Source: Thermodesulfobacteriota bacterium (lineage in GTDB: Bacteria > Desulfobacterota > Desulfarculia > JACQYL01). From it: DNA of 64,000 bases. Positions 59,951-64,000 of the stretch are shown here, in pieces. Within the stretch, counting starts at the first letter, position 1; every line of letters begins with the position of its first letter. The position numbers and the translations under genes were made by a program. The notes below the pieces were generated by a model, which was not told the DNA's origin, did not search any database, and saw only the letters and a program-made list of their open reading frames with translations. The stretch covers positions 2,112,001 to 2,176,000 of the forward strand of contig CAXXLZ010000002.1 in the NCBI GenBank assembly GCA_963675595.2, written 5' to 3'.

Positions 59951-62086
59951 ATGAACCATGTGATCCACAACGGCATCGTGAATTTTGTCTGGGGCATCGC
60001 CGACGACGTGTTGCGCGATGTCTACGTGCGCGGCAAGTACCGCGACGTGATCCTGCCGATGACGGTTATTCGCCGTCTCGACGCGCTCTTGGAGCCGAGC
60101 AAGGAGCAGGTGCTCGGTATGAAGAAGCGGCTTGACGAGGCCGGCATCGCCAACCAGCACGCGGCGCTGTGCCAAGCCTCCGGCGAAGCGTTTTACAATG
60201 TATCGCCTTTTACCCTGCGCGACCTGAAGAACCGAGCCAAGCTTCAGCAGCTCAAGGCCGATTTCGAAGCCTACCTGGAAGGCTTTTCGCCCAACGTCCA
60301 GGAGATTCTCGACAAGTTCAAGTTCCGCAACCAGATCCCGACGCTGATCGAGGCGGACATTCTTGGCCATTTGATCGAGAAGTTCCTCGACCCCCGCATC
60401 AACCTTGCGCCCAAGCCGGTTACGGACGTGGACGGCAACGAGCTGCTCCCGGCGCTCGACAACCACTCCATGGGCACCGTCTTCGAGGAGCTGATCCGCC
60501 GCTTCAACGAGGAGAACAACGAAGAGGCCGGTGAGCACTTTACGCCCCGCGACGTGGTTAAGCTCATGGCCGACCTGATCTTCCTGCCGGTGGCCGACGA
60601 CATCGAGTCCGGCACCTATCTCGTCTATGACGGAGCCTGCGGCACCGGCGGCATGCTGACCGTGGCGGAGGAGCGTCTGGCCGAACTGGCCCGGAGTCAC
60701 GGCAAGGATGTCTCCATCCACCTCTTCGGACAGGAGGTGCAGCCCGAAACCTACGCCATTTCCAAGGCCGACCTGCTGCTCAAAGGCGAAGGAGCCGAGG
60801 CCGAAAACATGAAATACGGTTCCACGCTCTCCGGCGACGCCTTCCCGTCGCAGGAATTCGACTTCATGCTCTCCAATCCGCCCTACGGAAAAAGCTGGAA
60901 GACCGATCTGGAGCGCCTGGGCGGCAAGAACGACATCAGGGACCCGCGCTTTGTCACTCAATACGCCGGCGACCCGGAATACAGGATGATCACCCGCTCC
61001 TCGGACGGGCAGCTCATGTTCCTGGTCAACAAGCTCTCCAAGATGAAGCACACCACCCGCCTCGGCAGCCGCATCGCCGAGGTCCACAATGGCTCGTCTC
61101 TCTTTACCGGCGACGCCGGTCAAGGCGAGAGCAACATCCGCCGCTGGATCATCGAGAACGACCGGCTGGAGGCCGTCATCGCCCTGCCTGAGAACATGTT
61201 CTACAACACCGGCATCGCCACCTACATCTGGGTGCTGACCAACCGCAAGAGCGAAGATCGCCGGGGCAGGGTCCAGCTCATCGACGCCACCGAGTGGTTC
61301 GTGCCGCTACGGCGCAATCTCGGCAAGAAGAACTGCGAGTTCTCCGAGGAGCACATCCGGGCCATCTGCGAGCTGATGGCCAATCCGGAGGAAACCGAGA
61401 AATCCAAAATCTTCCCCAACGAGGCCTTCGGCTATTGGAAGGTAACGGTGGACCGTCCGCTCCGTCTCGCCGTTGATCTGAGCCCGACCCGGCTGGAACG
61501 GTTCGAGCGGACCTGTGTCAGAGCCAAGGAGGCACCACTTGCCGACCTGGCCCGCCGCGTGGCCGAACCCCTTGGAGCCGGTCCGCACCTGGATTTCAAC
61601 GCCTTCATGGACGCCTGCGACGACGACGCGGCCAAGCACGGCGTCAAGCTCACCGCCAAGCGGAAAAAACTGCTGCTAAGCGAACTCTGCGACACCCGCG
61701 AACACGCCGCGCCGGTCTTGAAGAAGGTTCACAAGCCGGGCAAGGCCACGCCCGACCCCATCCACGGCCTGTTCCAAGCCGAAGTGAACGGCAAGACCCG
61801 CGTGGTCGAATACGAGCCGGATACCGCCCTGCGCGACGGCGAGCAGGTGCCGCTGCCGGAAGAAGGCGGCATTGAGGCGTTCTTTCGGCGGGAGGTGCTG
61901 CCCTACACCCCGGATGCCTGGATCGACCCGGACAAGACGCTGGTGGGCTACGAGATCTCCTTCACCCGCCATTTTTACCGGCCCGCGCCCATGCGCACCC
62001 TGGAGGAGATCAAGGCCGACATCTACGCCCTGCAACAGGAAACCGAAGGCCTGCTGGAGCAGATTGTCGGGGAGGCGGAATCATGA
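59951..62086 (+). CDS. hsdM: Type I R-M methyltransferase subunit
   Basis: GEHFTPRDVV, YDGACGTGGML, NPPY, MFYNTGI. Confidence 0.95.
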   Translation: MNHVIHNGIVNFVWGIADDVLRDVYVRGKYRDVILPMTVIRRLDALLEPSKEQVLGMKKRLDEAGIANQHAALCQASGEAFYNVSPFTLRDLKNRAKLQQLKADFEAYLEGFSPNVQEILDKFKFRNQIPTLIEADILGHLIEKFLDPRINLAPKPVTDVDGNELLPALDNHSMGTVFEELIRRFNEENNEEAGEHFTPRDVVKLMADLIFLPVADDIESGTYLVYDGACGTGGMLTVAEERLAELARSHGKDVSIHLFGQEVQPETYAISKADLLLKGEGAEAENMKYGSTLSGDAFPSQEFDFMLSNPPYGKSWKTDLERLGGKNDIRDPRFVTQYAGDPEYRMITRSSDGQLMFLVNKLSKMKHTTRLGSRIAEVHNGSSLFTGDAGQGESNIRRWIIENDRLEAVIALPENMFYNTGIATYIWVLTNRKSEDRRGRVQLIDATEWFVPLRRNLGKKNCEFSEEHIRAICELMANPEETEKSKIFPNEAFGYWKVTVDRPLRLAVDLSPTRLERFERTCVRAKEAPLADLARRVAEPLGAGPHLDFNAFMDACDDDAAKHGVKLTAKRKKLLLSELCDTREHAAPVLKKVHKPGKATPDPIHGLFQAEVNGKTRVVEYEPDTALRDGEQVPLPEEGGIEAFFRREVLPYTPDAWIDPDKTLVGYEISFTRHFYRPAPMRTLEEIKADIYALQQETEGLLEQIVGEAES

Positions 62087-63498
62087 AGCTGGCCCCCTAT
62101 CCGGAATACAAGGAATCCGGCAGCCCTGCGGCACCGAAGATTCCTGGCCAATGGGCGGTTCATCGTTGCCGATACCTATTCCGCGAAGTGGATGAACGTT
62201 CTCAAGACGGACAAGAAATCCATCTGTCGATGACCCAGAAGCATGGACTGATCGACAGCTCAAAAATCGACAAATGGCGCTTGCAGTCAGAATCATATAC
62301 AGGTGGAAAAGTATGCCAGAATGGCGATTTGGTTCTGAATAGACTGAAGGCCCACTTAGGTGTCTTTGCCCATGCAAAGCAGTCTGGTGTGGTTAGCCCT
62401 GACTATACGGTTCTCCGACCAGTTACCAACGATAATCCGAGGTTTTTTGAGCTCCTTTTTAGAAGCCCCCATTTCATCACGGAGTTCACCAAATCAACTA
62501 AAGGAATCGTTAAAGGATTCTGGAGGCTTTACACGGACGATTTTTATTCAATTCGTGCCGTTGTACCTCCGCCAGAAGAACAACAATATATTCTCAGATT
62601 TATCGATTCGCACACTGCACGGGCCAACAAGTTCATCCGCAACAAACGGCGGCTCATCGAACTCCTCAAGGAGCAGAAGCGGAACGTCATCAACCAGGCC
62701 GTGACCCGGGGGCTTGATCCCAAGGTCAAGTTCAAGCCCAGCGGCGTGGAATGGATCGGAGATATTCCGGAGCATTGGGATGCCAGACGGCTCCGCACGC
62801 TGGCGGCGGTCAGGGCAAGTGGCGTCGACAAGAATACAAAAGAGGATGAAGTCCCGGTCATGCTATGCAACTACGTGGACGTTTACAAGAACGACCGCAT
62901 CACCGCCGCTCTCGATTTCATGAAAGCCACCGCCACGCGGGAAGAAATTCGCGCTTTTGAGCTGAAGGCGGGTGACGTAATCATCACCAAGGATTCCGAA
63001 AGTTGGGACGACATCGCGATTTCTACCTTCGTGCCCGAGGCCATGCCGGGCGTCGTTTGCGCCTATCACTTGGCTCTGATCAGACCGTATTCAGGAGAAA
63101 TCGAAGGCGAGTTTCTGTTTCGGGCGTTCTCTTCCGACCCGGTAGCAGACCAGTTCCGGATTGCCGCGACCGGCGTAACTCGCTTCGGCTTGGCGCAAGG
63201 TTCAATCAAGGGGGCATTCTTTCCGTTGCCGCCTTTGGAAGAGCAGCGAGCCATTATTGCTCACATCAATGAGAAGTGCGCAGAGATCAGCCATGCGATT
63301 TCAAGGGCCGAGCGCGAGATCGAGCTGATGCGCGAATACCGCACCCGGCTGATTTCCGACGTGGTCACCGGCCAAGTGGATGTGCGCGGCATCGATATGC
63401 CGGAGCCTGCCGAGGAAGAGCCGACCGCGCCGGAGGAGGACAACGAAGAGCCCGATGACGTGATCGATGACGAGGAGGACATGGAGGTCGAGGAGTGA
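62083..63498 (+). CDS. hsdS: Type I R-M specificity subunit
   Basis: PPPEEQ and PPLEEQ repeats, KPSGVEWIGDIPEHW, LISDVVTG; ATGA overlap with hsdM. Confidence 0.93.
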   Translation: MKLAPYPEYKESGSPAAPKIPGQWAVHRCRYLFREVDERSQDGQEIHLSMTQKHGLIDSSKIDKWRLQSESYTGGKVCQNGDLVLNRLKAHLGVFAHAKQSGVVSPDYTVLRPVTNDNPRFFELLFRSPHFITEFTKSTKGIVKGFWRLYTDDFYSIRAVVPPPEEQQYILRFIDSHTARANKFIRNKRRLIELLKEQKRNVINQAVTRGLDPKVKFKPSGVEWIGDIPEHWDARRLRTLAAVRASGVDKNTKEDEVPVMLCNYVDVYKNDRITAALDFMKATATREEIRAFELKAGDVIITKDSESWDDIAISTFVPEAMPGVVCAYHLALIRPYSGEIEGEFLFRAFSSDPVADQFRIAATGVTRFGLAQGSIKGAFFPLPPLEEQRAIIAHINEKCAEISHAISRAEREIELMREYRTRLISDVVTGQVDVRGIDMPEPAEEEPTAPEEDNEEPDDVIDDEEDMEVEE

Positions 63499-64000
63499 CC
63501 GTTGATCGACCAACCGAATATCTCATTGGGCTTGTTCATGAACTGCGCAAGCTGCCCGTCGAAACCGAATGGGTGGAATTCAAGCATAACCGGGCCGAGC
63601 CGGAGGAGATCGGCGAGTATCTCTCGGCCCTGGCCAACTCTGCGGCGTTGCTGGGGAAAGTCAATGCGTACATGGTCTGGGGGGTGGATGACGACACCCA
63701 CGACATTATCGGCACCACTTTCAACCCTGCGGAATGCAAAATCGGTAATGAGGAGTTGGAAAGCTGGCTGCTTCGGTTGCTGGATCCCAAAATCAATTTT
63801 CGTTTCCATGCGCTGGAAATCGACGCCAAGGCGGTGGTTCTGCTGGAGATCGGCGCGGCCTTCCGACACCCGGTGCGATTCAGGCGCCGGGAGTTCATTC
63901 GCGTCGGCTCCTACAAGAAAAAACTGAAGGACTATCCGGAGAAAGAGCGGGCGCTCTGGCGGGTATTCGATCAGGTACCCTTCGAGCGCGGAATCGCCGC
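63495..64000 (+). CDS. AlbA_2/Schlafen-like domain protein, partial (runs off window end)
   Basis: GTGA overlap with hsdS; ETEWVEFKHN...IGEYLSALANSA...MVWGVDD. Confidence 0.8.
   Translation, partial: MTVDRPTEYLIGLVHELRKLPVETEWVEFKHNRAEPEEIGEYLSALANSAALLGKVNAYMVWGVDDDTHDIIGTTFNPAECKIGNEELESWLLRLLDPKINFRFHALEIDAKAVVLLEIGAAFRHPVRFRRREFIRVGSYKKKLKDYPEKERALWRVFDQVPFERGIA

Overview
GC-rich (about 59%, by eye) bacterial chromosome segment. Gene content (sigma54 two-component systems, an Ahb heme enzyme, Mo-oxidoreductases, CoA activase) suggests an anaerobic Desulfobacterota/deltaproteobacterium; this is an inference. The main result is at 1-7.6 kb, where the ORF track shows only fragments. Read by hand, the region is an ArsR-led minus-strand operon plus a divergent micro-gene with 10 in-frame TGA codons. 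Most fall at Cys positions of redox or metal motifs, and each TGA (or close pair) is followed 11-17 nt later by a hairpin with a GG-containing loop (SECIS-like). The predicted selenoproteins are an unknown UxxxC/wHTH protein, a DsrE (UxxC), an HMA chaperone (MxUxxU), an ArsM-like methyltransferase-AhpD fusion (3 Sec), a rhodanese (UxxxxU)-DsbD fusion and a stand-alone 26-aa peptide. Two identical IS4-family elements interrupt the operon. The rest of the window holds an adenylate cyclase, zraSR/zraP-like genes, a vWA-TSP3-OmpA protein, ahbA, yjbQ, a propeller-FN3-sorting-signal-beta-barrel fusion, nadK, a C1A peptidase, trkAH, a cytoplasmic two-molybdoenzyme/GltD-like cluster, nupC, elyC, a CoA activase pair, rne/rng, ihfB, a porin, a PHP-like membrane protein and the start of a type I R-M locus. 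All calls come from visual motif recognition; no searches were run.
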